A stretch of DNA of 64,000 nucleotides from Methanotrichaceae archaeon. GTDB lineage: Archaea; Halobacteriota; Methanosarcinia; Methanotrichales; Methanotrichaceae. This document shows, piece by piece, positions 42,971 to 54,522 of this stretch; within the stretch, counting starts at the first letter, position 1, and every line of letters starts with the position of its first letter. The notes beneath the pieces were generated by a model that worked only from the letters and a program-made list of their open reading frames with translations, searched no databases and was not told the origin of the DNA. The stretch is taken from contig CAWDLW010000027.1 in NCBI GenBank assembly GCA_963803145.1, forward strand, positions 1-64,000. Direction: 5' to 3'. Both the position numbers and the translations under genes were made by a program.

Positions 42971-43729
42971 ATGGGGGAGGGTGTAATTACGACCAACGGG
43001 ATGGGACCAAAAATAACATCTTTGGATATTAATTTGAAATCTTCTGCCTCATCCTATCAATTAAATCAGTATCTGCAGAAAGGCATATATCGCTTGATAA
43101 TTGTAGCACCTTTTAATTCCAGGATTCTAGTTACGCCCTTGACCCCTCCTATGGGATTTGATTTTCAACCGGATTTAGATCCGAATCCGGAAATTTGGAA
43201 TTCACTATTAATTACGCCTCAGGAGGGCCAATATGCCTTTCTGGTGACATTAGATAGACCAATCGAAAATGATACGCTACATGTACAGTTCATTTTCCAG
43301 CAAGCCCCTCCGCCTGTAAACCCACCTCAGCCGCCCGTAACACCTCCAGTAACTCCCCCTCCAGGAGATATGCAGGAGACCTATAGGCAAAGAGGATATA
43401 GGATTGCATCAGATGGCGCAGTTGAGTTCTACTATGTATCCTTTAGGACTCACAAAGTGAATGGATCCAGGGAAATATGCATAAACGGTCTCTTCTCTTG
43501 GTCCAACGATTTGCATGACCCTGCCTTAACTATGGGACGACTTGCCAAAGAGGACGCAAATTATAGGCTCAATCGTTATGGGCCATTTCCAACAAGAGCC
43601 GGAGCAGAGGGAAGTGCCATTCAGTTCGCCACTCAGATTTTCGGTGATCCCACAAGGTATGGTATTTGGGGCACTGGAGGGCTGCGAGATATTCAAGTTA
43701 GCGATTATAGAAATCCAGAATTTAGATAG
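42971..43729 (+). CDS. Two-domain hypothetical protein with Pro-rich linker
   Basis: PPPVNPPQPPVTPPVTPPP linker. Confidence 0.65.
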   Translation: MGEGVITTNGMGPKITSLDINLKSSASSYQLNQYLQKGIYRLIIVAPFNSRILVTPLTPPMGFDFQPDLDPNPEIWNSLLITPQEGQYAFLVTLDRPIENDTLHVQFIFQQAPPPVNPPQPPVTPPVTPPPGDMQETYRQRGYRIASDGAVEFYYVSFRTHKVNGSREICINGLFSWSNDLHDPALTMGRLAKEDANYRLNRYGPFPTRAGAEGSAIQFATQIFGDPTRYGIWGTGGLRDIQVSDYRNPEFR

Positions 43730-44029
43730 GCCAGAAAATAATAACATCTGATCTTGAAAAAGCGCTATAGACAGAGTTTAGAAAGCAACAAGTTCTGGCA
43801 TAATGCCTATTCGAATTCGGAGCTTGGAAGCTCGGCGCAAACTCGCAATTTCCGGGATTATGATGGTAAATGACTGACGCAATATAGGGGGTTGTCAACT
43901 ATAAGAGGTCAATATTCGATATATAAGCCCTTGCAATCTAAGATTGGCTTCATTGCTATGAGTACAGAATAAATTTCTTTTAGATTCATATAATTGGTGG
44001 CAGCACAAAGTCACAAAGTTTGCAGAGAA

Positions 44030-44409
44030 TTAGCAAAGGCGGAGTATACAGCATATCCCTGATAAGCCCTCAATGCTCCGATATCCTGAAGAGCTATCTT
44101 GAGATGCGACCACCCCTATATATCGACGGCAAGCAACCATTATTCTATACCGATTACGAAAATCGCTGGCAAGGAATCGAGGTTTCCCGGCTGTTTCACA
44201 ACTACAAGAAAAAAGCCGGAATCGATAAGCCTGGCGGTGCTCATGTCTTTGCACGACATACAGTCGCCAGCTTGATGGTAAAGAATGGCTGCGATTTACT
44301 GACAATCATGCAAGTTCTGCGACACAAATCAATAGAAAGCACAATGCGGTATTTGCATCTGACCGATGCTACAAAGAGAGCGAAGTACAATAAGTTCTTA
44401 AGGTTGTGA
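44030..44409 (+). pseudogene. C-terminal fragment of a tyrosine integrase
   Basis: HVFARH, LRH, STMRY; homologous to the 51758 integrase; N-terminus missing. Confidence 0.88.
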
Positions 44410-44724
44410 TGCTGCAAAAAGAGAGAGGCATAGCTAATATCTTACCCTTTAGATTCTTTCGCTAACTTCGAATACTTTGGATTTCTTATTTTTCAATTAA
44501 TAAATTATTAATATCTTTAAATAGCCTTTCGAATCTACTAAGTGCTAGGTCGAGATCTGTGAGAACAGACTTCAATTCTGCAGTATTTTCTGCTAGAAAG
44601 GAAGACGGCATGAAGTGATCAAACTCTTGAAACTGCTCACGAGGCAAAAGTGCAAAATGTCTCTCTATTTCTTTTAGAACTCGAATTGGAGCATCCAATG
44701 GTTTCTCTTTTGGAATCGAATTTG

Positions 44725-45949
44725 GGTCGTGTATGCGTTCCGATGAAATAGTTATATGTTTATAATGATACATTCTTTAAAAGGGATGTATCAAAAATGT
44801 CTGATATTACATTGTCCGATTACTGGTGCCATCATGAAGGCTGCCAGGATTATGGCATAAACGATAAAGGCAACATAGTGATAAAAGATCACTATGGAAA
44901 GAACAACCGTGCGCTCTTGAAGTGTAGAACATGTGGTCATTGTTTCAGCGAGACTCGTGGAACAATATTTTTCGGTTTAAGCACATCAGATGAGGAAGTC
45001 TTAGATGTCCTGGCCCAATTGGTAGAAAAAGGCAGTATTCGTGGTGTTGCAAGATCTACAGGTCATGATAAAAATACAATCTGCCGATGGCTCAAAAGGG
45101 CAGCGGATCATTGCAAAGAGGTCAATGATTACTTCCTGAACCATCTTCATCTTACACAAGTGCAGATAGATGAAATATGGTCATTTTGTAAAAAAACAAA
45201 AAAATGTAAGTAGCTATGACTCAAAAGACGTTGGTGACGTATATAGTCTGACAGCAATAAATGCTGAATCAAGGTTACTAATCTGCCATCATGAAGGTGG
45301 CCGAACTATAGAAGATGCAACTGCCTTATTTAGTGACTTAGAACATAGACGGGCGACAGGCACACCTCTTCCGGTATTCGTTTCCGATGATTGGGATCCA
45401 TTTTCCAATGCCCTCCTTGAAGTCTACGGTGTCAAGGAGACGCCTGAATACAAAGGACTAGGCAGAAAACCAAATCCTATACTTGTTCCTCCTCCTGACC
45501 TTAAATATGCTCAAATTGTGAAAAATAAAAAGAATGATGAAGTGGTTAACACATTTGAACGGATTGTATATGGTGACCCGAAAGATGTGCTTGAACTGCT
45601 TTGCCCAACATCGAAAGAACATATCCAGACATCCTACGTCGAACGAATGAATCTCACTTTCAGGAATTATCTGGCCAGGTTTATACGTGAGTCTATGAAC
45701 TTTAGTAAAGATAGGCAAATTCATACCGGCGCAATAGACTTTTTCCAAGCTTGGTACAACTTCGTTAAGCCGCATGATTCTTTAAAAATTGAGATAAACC
45801 TTGACATGGAAGAAGTGGGATTCGCTCTGAATCCTAAAAAATGGATCCCTCGAACGCCTGCGATGGTTGAATTGATTACCGACCATATTTGGACTATGAA
45901 GGAGTTAATGACTTGGAGGATCCCATTTCAATAGGTCACATACACAACC
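44725..45949 (+). mobile_element. IS1-family insertion sequence
   Basis: TIR ggtcgtgtatg / catacacaacc; 8-bp TSD cgaatttg. Confidence 0.92.
44797..45934 (+). CDS. IS1 transposase InsAB, likely expressed by -1 programmed frameshift
   Basis: Zn-finger/HTH ORF 44797-45213 overlapping DDE ORF 45170-45934; A7C slippery site 45190-45197. Confidence 0.88.
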
Positions 45950-47350
45950 CGAATTTGAATCGCCTAATGAATAACATTTATTGACCAGTGTGACATAGAA
46001 TGATCTGCCAAGCAGGTCTTCAATATCTGCTTCATCCTGATCTGTGTACATTTCTGCACTAAAAACATGTCCCTTTTTAAGCAATATCGATTCTTTGAGA
46101 CTTCGGACTTTCTTTTTTTGACCTTCAGAGAAATCGACTAAAATCGCTACATCTAACTTATTTCCGCCGAATAGAGAGTTGAAACTCGCAACTTTATCTA
46201 TACCGCCACATGGCGCAATTATCCATTTGGAGTCTAAGTAAATTCTCCCTCGATTCTTAAGCTCATTAGAAAACCACTTTAAGTACAACAAATCAGAAGG
46301 ACCTTCAACTAATAAAGTATGTTTTCCAATAAATAATGTCTGAGTTACATCATAACCTAGAGCCGCTTGCAGTGGAAAGATTGTATCTGCATCTGTGCTA
46401 AGGACTTTATCCCCTACTTTGGTGCCTTTGATCTCATCATCAATGACAACGTCCTCGATAGTCCTAACACTTAATAAATTATCAGGATCAATCATGAAAG
46501 GTGAATGAGTGGTATAAATAACTTGATACTTTGGCTTAAGTTCATCATTGAAATACCTCAGCAAATCTGATTGTGCTTTGCCATGAAGGCTAAGTCCAGG
46601 CTCATCAAGCAGAATAATTAGGTTGTCCCCATAATTTTTATTTAGCTGTGAAAGCCAAACTAGGAACGAGAAAAACCAAATGAATCCGGTACTGCGATCA
46701 TCAAAGCTAACTGAAACTCTATGGCGTTCATTTCGTATGCGTGTTCTAAATACATAACCCTCGTTAAAGGGAGGTTCATCTTTAGGTTTTCCCATTTCAT
46801 AGGTGAAATCTACACTTAAATGCTTATTCTGACTCCAATATCTAAAAATCGTCCTACTCAATCTATTTTCTATAGCTTCTAATTTAGCTCTAAGTTCTTC
46901 ATACTTGGCAATATTTTGGATTTCCTCAGGGTCCGTCTTAGCCAAATCCAATAATGCTAAGAAAATATTATCTGAAAATTGCAGTTGCTTTTGGCTTTTT
47001 CTCTGCATAAGCGCATTTATTGCCACTTGACCCGGCAGTTTATGATATTCAGCGAAGTAAAGAAATTTAGGCAATTTATCTTTTAATAACCTAATTATGG
47101 CACGCTTCGTGCTCTTATCTGGAAAAAATGATTTTACTTTCACTAATAGTTCTGTTTGGGATGATTGTGGCTCCGGAGATGTTGAGTTCTTTTCAAGTTC
47201 TTCGCATAACTCCTTTATCGTTTTAGCCTTTGACAAATTTTCTATTTCATAAAGATTGGCCGATTTGAGAAGGAATTCTACAACTCTCTTTTCATCTATG
47301 TCGATATTCCAATATTGGGTATTATCATAACCTTTTTTTATTGTTATAAG

Positions 47351-48881
47351 TAACATGCTCAATAGCTTGTTCAGATCAGCAGATTAAGACGTATCGTTCA
47401 GAAATTAAAAATGCTGAGAAAACTAAATAAGTATACTTGTGGATAAGGCAATTGAAGAAGAAATAATAACCCTTGATATCGATAAGATCGACTTCGATGA
47501 CAAGGAGGCAACTAAAGAGCTATTCCGAAAGTTGCTCAACTTTATAGAATATCAAGCTCAAGTGATACGGCGGCAAAATGAGATAATCCAACAACAAGGT
47601 GATGAAATAGCAAGATTAAAAGGTTTGAAGGGCAAACCGAAGATCGCGCCAAACATCCCTAATCTGGAACCAAAACAAGCATCAGCAGAGAAGTCTAAGA
47701 AATGGTCAAAGGGATCGAAGAATCCCAAGATAAAGATCAATCGAGTAGTTTGGTTAGATATCGAGTCCGATATCTTGCCGCCGGATGCTGTATACCGTGG
47801 GTATGAACCTGTAATAATCCAAAATATCAAGCTACAGACTGATAATATCGAATATCGGCGAGGACACTATTATTCCAAGTCACTGGACAAGCATTATTAT
47901 GCTGAGCTTCCAAAGGAAATTCAGAACACCCAATTTGGCAGCGACCTAAAGGCGCTCATTGCTACATTTTATTATGCAGGCAGAGTGACTGAAAACAAGA
48001 TCCATAGTATCTTAACTGATTTTGGTATCTTCATCTCAGAAGGCGAAATCTCAAATATACTGACTAAAGAGAAGAGCGGAGTCTTCTCAGCTGAGAAATC
48101 AGCAATATTTGAAACCGGTATGAGGTGCGCCAAGTATTTCCAAACCGATAGTACTGGCGCAAGGCATTCAGCCAAGAATGGCGATATGCATTATATCGGC
48201 AATGAAGAATTTTCTACTTATTTTATCGAGAAAAACAGGAAGCGAAAAACAATTAGAGACCTGCTCGGATTATTGGATGGAGTCTTGACGCCTACTCCGA
48301 TGGTAACCGATAGTGCTCATCAATATGACGGCATAGCTTGCCATCATGGTCACTGCTGGTTACACGAGATACAGCATTACATTAAGTTGAAACCTTATTT
48401 GGACCTTCACCGATCAATTCTGGAAAAATTCATTGCCAGTCTTTGGAAGTTCTACGATTTATTGAAGAAATTCAAATCCCAACCAAAGATTGATCTCAGA
48501 AGGTTAATTGAACGAAGGTTTGAATCCCTGTTTACAACGACTACAGGATACTTCGAACTGGACAAGCGGATAGCATCGACCCATAGCGATCGAGATAAGT
48601 TGCTCCTTATGCTCGATTTTCCGGAGATCCCTCTTCACAACAATGGATCTGAAATAGCTGTTCGCGAGGGTGTGCTAAAAAGAAAGATCAGCTATGGCAC
48701 TAGATCTGAGTTAGGCAAAGCAGCCTGGGGGAATTTGCTTTCTATGCTTGATACTTGCAGAAAGCAAAAGGTTAGATTCTATTTGTATGTCAAGGATATT
48801 TATTCTAATAGCTTTTCTATGCCAAGATTAGCCGATATGATCCCAAAGGTCGGCTAATTTTACCTGCTATTGAGCATGTTC
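47351..48881 (+). mobile_element. IS66-family element (single ORF, ISBst12-like)
   Basis: 15-bp TIR aacatgctcaatagc; 8-bp TSD gttataag. Confidence 0.9.
47439..48857 (+). CDS. IS66-family DDE transposase
   Basis: QTDSTG, VTDS, HCWLHE, PLHNNGSE.AVR..VLKRKIS.GTRS. Confidence 0.9.
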   Translation: MDKAIEEEIITLDIDKIDFDDKEATKELFRKLLNFIEYQAQVIRRQNEIIQQQGDEIARLKGLKGKPKIAPNIPNLEPKQASAEKSKKWSKGSKNPKIKINRVVWLDIESDILPPDAVYRGYEPVIIQNIKLQTDNIEYRRGHYYSKSLDKHYYAELPKEIQNTQFGSDLKALIATFYYAGRVTENKIHSILTDFGIFISEGEISNILTKEKSGVFSAEKSAIFETGMRCAKYFQTDSTGARHSAKNGDMHYIGNEEFSTYFIEKNRKRKTIRDLLGLLDGVLTPTPMVTDSAHQYDGIACHHGHCWLHEIQHYIKLKPYLDLHRSILEKFIASLWKFYDLLKKFKSQPKIDLRRLIERRFESLFTTTTGYFELDKRIASTHSDRDKLLLMLDFPEIPLHNNGSEIAVREGVLKRKISYGTRSELGKAAWGNLLSMLDTCRKQKVRFYLYVKDIYSNSFSMPRLADMIPKVG

Positions 48882-49437
48882 GTTATAAGTTTATTCTTTA
48901 GAGCCTCTAATCCCATTATAGAAGAGATCTTTGCAACTTCTTCATCTTTAAGCTCCCAGGTGGTGGTTAAAACGTTATCTTCATCTGCTTCTTGTCTTTC
49001 CTCATACTCAGATAATCTATGGCGTGGATACTCCAATTGATAATCAAAATCACCCTCTCCAGATATAGCAGGATTTAACTTGTACAAGGCTTGAAGAAGC
49101 GCAGATTTTCCTGACTCATTTTTACCAACAAGACAGGTGATTGGTTCAATTGAGAATTCATTTGAGTCTTCAATACACTTGTAATTTTGAACCCTAAGCG
49201 ATTTTAATATCATTCAACCCACCTGACAGGAGGGAGTTACAACAATACGAATTTAAGTATCTTATCCTTATAACATTGAAGCTTCATATGGTTAGGGATT
49301 TTCCAACAATTCGACTTTCTTATAATATAACTATTCTTTGAATTAGTTTTCAATTTTCGAATATTGCTATCCTTCAAGTGCTGCCAGATATAGCGGATCG
49401 GGTCAGGTATATCTATCAGCCAGGAAGACCTTTGATC

Positions 49438-50294
49438 CTAGGGCATTTTACAGAGGCAACATCTTAGTTCACATGGTTGTGTCTCCTTGTTTAGCTCATT
49501 TCCTATGTAATTTAGGAGCTTGTCTATTGGTGAGGCGATCTTATTAGCGACATCCTTCCTAATTTTTTCCTTAACATCTTCATCCCACTTTTTTAGATCA
49601 TCAATTGTTTGGATATTTTCGTCTGAAATTTTGTATTCGGGATCTTCTTCAAGTTCTGATATTTGGCAAAGCATTTCGTAAAGATCTTTAATCATTTGGT
49701 GGTCAGGCGCAATATGAAACAAATTTATAATTAATCCCACAATCTCGAATAATTCTCGAATATATCTAGCTGTTTCTAACCGCAATTCTGAGTTCCGCTC
49801 TTCTACTCGGTATGCGCGCTCTACATCTTTCTCTTCGTTCTCAGGTACTAGATAAGACCTCGTTATGTAAAAATCAATGGATGTGCTATATTCTAAATTC
49901 CTTGAAAGTAGCTCTACAAGCAAATCTCTTAGACCCATTAGCTGGCTGTAAACCCGTAGCTTTCTATGTTTCTCGATATTTTTATTTTTTATATAATCTC
50001 TACTGTAGTTTCCAAGTTTTTGGTTTTTGCTACTTAATAGGAATAGCAGATGGATATGATATTACGTGTCTATAAATAAATATTACAAAGGGGACAGGTT
50101 TTCTTACACATTTGTGAAAAGACTAAAATCTATATATAAAGATGGCGATCAGATGAAAAACTTGGAAACTACAGATCTCTAATCAGAGTGAGGCCGCCAG
50201 CCACAAAGGCGCCTAGGATTACACCAGCAGCAGCGATAATTGCTCCGTTTTGACTAGTTAAATTTATATCCGTGCTATCACTCCTTCCGCCCAA
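49438..50294 (-). pseudogene. Membrane-anchored hypothetical protein interrupted by MITE
   Basis: Removing the MITE and one TSD gives AAAGVILGAFVAGGLTLIRDYIKNK..QLMGLRDLL in frame; TTG start inferred. Confidence 0.75.
50003..50174. mobile_element. 172-bp MITE, copy 2
   Basis: Same sequence as 19034-19205; 7-bp TSD atctcta. Confidence 0.93.
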
Positions 50295-50675
50295 TTGCTA
50301 ACAAAGGATACCTCCTGCTGGACTGATTGTATTACTATAAGAAAAACCTTCCTGAAGATACCACAGAACGATAAAGATCTTCTTAGGCGTTATAATGGCA
50401 ATGCTGGATTTTAAGGGCATTATAAACATTAATTTTCTATCAATTAGACATTAAAAAACAGAGATATTAGTTAGTAGTATGTGTTTAGCCCTCCTAAATA
50501 CATATCAGTAAACCCATTTTATGATAGCTCATATGATCAGCACCAAAGAGCTAATTTCAAGTAACTATGGCTATAGATATTGTTTTTTGTTCTGGTTCAG
50601 GCCTTTAGTCGTTATGCTTGGATTTGTTAAAATCAATATCAAGCGAACGATTTCATGGGAGCTAAACACTTACAG

Positions 50676-50924
50676 TTAGTATTCTGGCAATTTTCCCAAA
50701 TTATCTTTCTCAGTATTGTCTTTATCGGTTCTGATGAAATCATTCCCCTTTACTTTTACTATACTCACTTCGGCTCCTAGAGAAGTTTCAATCTTCTTTC
50801 CATTCTTCAGTAAATTTACCACCTCTTGTCTAGAAAATTCAGTTCCGTAACGCGTCTTTACTTTCTCAATGTGTTTTGGGTCCTTACTGTAATGCACTTC
50901 ATTTATGACGAAATCTGCAGTCAT
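50676..50924 (-). CDS. DUF3892 domain protein
   Basis: SRQEVV..L..G, FIRTDKDNTEKDNLGKLPEY C-terminal signature. Confidence 0.85.
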   Translation of the reverse strand: MTADFVINEVHYSKDPKHIEKVKTRYGTEFSRQEVVNLLKNGKKIETSLGAEVSIVKVKGNDFIRTDKDNTEKDNLGKLPEY

Positions 50925-50976
50925 AAGATTTTGTATAGTAAGTGGAGTACTTAAATTATTGCATTGTTGTTTGTTA

Positions 50977-51534
50977 TCAAATTATCATCTTAGAAAGGCA
51001 TGTGATACGGCTAATGGGAATGCCATCGCCGCGGCCAAAATTGATTGAGGAAATAATTTCCTCACTATTGCCTCTTCTTCGCCCGGTTAATAGAGTTTCA
51101 TGAAACTGTCTCTTGTTCGTCGGGTTATTTTGATACAATTCAACGCGCTTACCGCATACGTCCGTAAAACTAGACACGGATGCGACGCGTGCGCCTTCAC
51201 CTGGCACCAATTGAGGTAATGGTTCAACTTCGACCGGCTCAGCAGGCTCTAAGAGATCGCTGCCCGCTTCTAGGATGATATGATTGCATTCCGACACGGC
51301 AACCGTTAGGATGTCGATCTCGTCCTGTAGCTCCTTAATCCGTGCTTTAATATCGGCAATCTCATCCTTCATGACCTCAGCGACGTTCTCAACATCGGCA
51401 ACAGGCTCCTCAAATGTATCGAGGCCCATCTTCTTAGCAGCACTTAGACGCAGCCCGCTTTCGAAATCAAAAATTAGGTGTTTGCGGACTCCGATTGCCT
51501 GCTGCATTAAATGGGTGATATAGAACATCTTCAC
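50977..51534 (-). CDS. Hypothetical coiled-coil protein (island cargo)
   Basis: Central heptad pattern; start uncertain. Confidence 0.45.
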   Translation of the reverse strand: MKMFYITHLMQQAIGVRKHLIFDFESGLRLSAAKKMGLDTFEEPVADVENVAEVMKDEIADIKARIKELQDEIDILTVAVSECNHIILEAGSDLLEPAEPVEVEPLPQLVPGEGARVASVSSFTDVCGKRVELYQNNPTNKRQFHETLLTGRRRGNSEEIISSINFGRGDGIPISRITCLSKMII

Positions 51535-51757
51535 TTTTTATACTTGAAGCCTAATACTTGAATATAGCTGCGGTGAGTAAATGAAGCCAAAAAATTAGCG
51601 GCAGACTGAAAAGGTGCGGCTGCCGGGATTCGAACCCGGGTTACGGGCTTGGGAATCCCGGGTCGCGTACATATACTGCGGTATATGTACGCTCATGCTG
51701 ATTTGCGCCAATTCTATCGAATCGGGCTACGGGATTGTAGCCCAAGATGGCGATGAA

Positions 51758-52639
51758 ATGGCTCAAAGGGCTAAAATAAATATTGATTGGACAATAAAGA
51801 GCAATATCGATGATATCAAAAAAGAGTTGGCGCGTTATTCTAAATTTCTAAGAGAAGAAGGTTTAAGAGAATCTACCATTGAAGGATTCACATGGAAGCT
51901 TTCCCGGTATCTGAAAGCGATAGGTACAACGCGGCCATCTATACAAGATTCTGAGAATTACCTTAAAAGCTTACATGATTGGAAGAAGGCTAGAAATACC
52001 ATAAATCAATACGCCTATACTCTCCGATTATTTCATAGAATGCATGGCGAAGAGCTACAGGTTAAAAGACTTAGCACTAATGATAAAATACCCTATTTTT
52101 TTAGCGCTGAAGAAATCGCCAAAATCTTTGATGCATGCAATAACTTGAAGCATCTTGCGATGTTAAAGACTATGTTCTTTGCTTACTTGCGCGTATCCGA
52201 ACTTTGCTATTTAGATATTGAAGATATAGATTTAAAAACTTTGACAATACGCATAAGAAACGGTAAATGGGGTAAACAAGCGCTAATTCCCATAAATGAT
52301 GAAACGGGCCGGATATTAGCCCAATATCTTGAACTTAAACCACAAATAACGATTGATGGTAAATCGCCAGTTTTCGTAAGCGATTATGGAAATCGATGGC
52401 AAAGAGGCGAAGTCCATGCTATGTTTGTGAAATACAAGAAGTTAGCGGGTATTGAAAAGAAAGGCGGGCCGCATGTTTTTGCCCGCCATTCAAGCGCAAG
52501 CCTTCTAGCAAAGAATAATTGCGATATTTTAACCATTCAAAAATTGCTGAGACATGAAGATATTAGAACTACATCGCGCTATCTTCATTTGGATGATAAA
52601 GTACTTCGCGAAAAATGTAATAAGCTCCTACAATTATAA
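51758..52639 (+). CDS. Tyrosine recombinase/integrase (XerC/D-like)
   Basis: LRVSEL, GKWGK, HVFARH, LRH, TTSRY; start set at MAQRAK. Confidence 0.93.
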   Translation: MAQRAKINIDWTIKSNIDDIKKELARYSKFLREEGLRESTIEGFTWKLSRYLKAIGTTRPSIQDSENYLKSLHDWKKARNTINQYAYTLRLFHRMHGEELQVKRLSTNDKIPYFFSAEEIAKIFDACNNLKHLAMLKTMFFAYLRVSELCYLDIEDIDLKTLTIRIRNGKWGKQALIPINDETGRILAQYLELKPQITIDGKSPVFVSDYGNRWQRGEVHAMFVKYKKLAGIEKKGGPHVFARHSSASLLAKNNCDILTIQKLLRHEDIRTTSRYLHLDDKVLREKCNKLLQL

Positions 52640-52789
52640 TATGAAATGCCTTGCATTATAGATGCTTTGCATTTCTGCATTTTCTTAGTGATCATACTAC
52701 TTGCGGTATACCCATCTTTGCGATGCTAAAAAAGAGAGAGGTATAGCCAATATCTTACCCTCTAACTCTCTCTTTTCAATTTTCAGTAA

Positions 52790-53944
52790 CTATCTAATCG
52801 TTTGCCTTGCTAAGACCACTAGGAATGATGCCATAAGTAGCCATCCAGAAAGTCGTTCTAATAGACACCACCATCTACTATCTCCGGTTATGCTACTTAC
52901 CTCTGTAGTAGTAGTAAGTACCACAAAGCTTAAACGTAATGCTTCAGGAAAACCTGTTTGTCTTTCTAATAAAAAGATCCCACAAAATACAAAAAGAATA
53001 ATCAATAATGCAATTAGGGGGTATTTAGAGCGAACACCATATCCATATGTTATGAAAGATATACCATCTATTAACCTATCTAATCCTTTAAGTTTTACTG
53101 CTCTCTTTAGCCTGTACTGATAATAACAATTATCTGCATCTCTATATAATCCTTGGTTATTATAACTTTTTACGAGTTTTAAGTATACCTCATCATTGTA
53201 TTCGAGATGATTTTTGATAGACTTCCAAGGTACTTTTATAAGAGTAAACATTGATCCTTTTAAGAGAATTCTATCATTAAATACAGTATCCTCAAAGCCT
53301 ACCTCAATACGGAATAGAGTATTAGCAAAATTAGCGAACTTCTCGAATCTAGCTTCTCTAAAGTTTGCATAATCGTTGAAATTCGCCCAGTAGAAACTAG
53401 TAACAGGTTCAAATTTGGCTTTTACAAAGTTAGCATAATTATTAAATTGAATTCCATCAAAGATTGCATTTCCATAGAACTTAGCATTTTCGAACCTAGC
53501 ATATCCATGGATCTTAGCTTCAGTAAATGTAGCTAAATGAAATTCTGCATCTTTGAAATTGGCTTCCTTTGCAAATTGCACATTCATGAAATTAGCCCCA
53601 TTGGAAAATTTAGCATTTGCAAAGCTCACTTCATCACTAAATTCGGTTCCACTAAAATTAACTCCTATATCAAAATCGTTATTAAATTCAGTATTTGCAA
53701 AGTTGATGATTCCACCAATTTGCGAATTAGTAATTTCTATTATTGATGAAGTAGAAAATATTTCACCAAATTTTATGCCTAGCTTGGTAATATCAAGATC
53801 CCCGATGACAGTAACATGCTCATACCTAACTGGCTCATTCATCTTGATTTTAGCTAGTATTTCGCCAGAGTAAACAGTCATCAGTTTAGTCATTTTTTGC
53901 GAGCTATCCCCCCTACGAGTTATACTCTCAGCCACAATTATCAC
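52790..53944 (-). CDS. Pentapeptide-repeat membrane protein
   Basis: ANFxxAxF repeats; YGYGVR..TM..TM..LARQTIR; paralogue of 9676. Confidence 0.85.
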   Translation of the reverse strand: MIIVAESITRRGDSSQKMTKLMTVYSGEILAKIKMNEPVRYEHVTVIGDLDITKLGIKFGEIFSTSSIIEITNSQIGGIINFANTEFNNDFDIGVNFSGTEFSDEVSFANAKFSNGANFMNVQFAKEANFKDAEFHLATFTEAKIHGYARFENAKFYGNAIFDGIQFNNYANFVKAKFEPVTSFYWANFNDYANFREARFEKFANFANTLFRIEVGFEDTVFNDRILLKGSMFTLIKVPWKSIKNHLEYNDEVYLKLVKSYNNQGLYRDADNCYYQYRLKRAVKLKGLDRLIDGISFITYGYGVRSKYPLIALLIILFVFCGIFLLERQTGFPEALRLSFVVLTTTTEVSSITGDSRWWCLLERLSGWLLMASFLVVLARQTIR

Positions 53945-54279
53945 TATTTTTGGCGTTGGCTAATTCTTTCATTTAGTTTAAAGCCCTTTCCTTAGGGCAT
54001 GCAAACTTGGCGATGATTGTTACTTTGCGAAGTGGATAAAGACTTTCGCGGGTAACCCAAATATCCCTTGTCTTTCGCGAAGTTTTGAAAGCTCAAGCGG
54101 CCCGGCAACACCGGAACGCAAGACTTAGGCAAATGGTCGCCGAAGGGGTAATTAAAAATGGATTTCCCCATCGTTATTTGTTAATCTAGTCAACGATATT
54201 TGGTTTACCGTTATCTATATATGATAATTAACGACCTTTTATATATGTTGCATGTAGTCTTTTCCAAGAGGGTTTAAAC

Positions 54280-54522
54280 ATGCTCTACAAATCACCGCTC
54301 ATTCAGGCCATGCATATGAGGATCATGGCCGATAAGACCGCCAAAGACACCCTTAAAGAGAGTTTAAAGGGCTGCATGTTGATTGATAGCGATGTATCCC
54401 TTGTAGATGCTAAAAGCCTGCATTACTTCATCCTAGACTACTACAAGCTACCCAAAAATATCTTTGCTGATGTTAATCTTGTTGATTTTGTAGCACTTGG
54501 AAAAGCCATAATCTCTCAATAG
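54280..54522 (+). CDS. Small hypothetical protein
   Basis: 80-aa ORF preceded by a TATA-like tttatata. Confidence 0.5.
   Translation: MLYKSPLIQAMHMRIMADKTAKDTLKESLKGCMLIDSDVSLVDAKSLHYFILDYYKLPKNIFADVNLVDFVALGKAIISQ

Larger units (their letters stand above)
44486..49213 (-). pseudogene. OLD-family ATP-dependent nuclease (AAA + TOPRIM) split in three by IS66 and IS1
   Basis: GKNESGKS Walker A (48882-49213); LLDEP, TTHSPF, LVEGPSD (45950-47350); C-terminal part 44486-44724; frames rejoin across both TSDs. Confidence 0.9.

Noticed and set aside
44486-44773. Independent 95-aa gene
   Set aside because: Its first residues come from the IS1 end; the rest is the OLD nuclease C-terminus
45181-45210. 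Sequencing-error frameshift in the IS1 transposase
   Set aside because: A7C at the InsA/InsB overlap fits the normal IS1 programmed frameshift signal
51608-51655. Second tRNA-Gly gene
   Set aside because: Only the 3' half up to the anticodon loop is present; it is the att duplicate
51614-51757. Integrase ORF starting inside att, as in SSV-type split integrases
   Set aside because: In the reconstructed circle an in-frame TAA (55626-55628) precedes the att, so no N-terminal half joins; MAQRAK at 51758 is the likelier start
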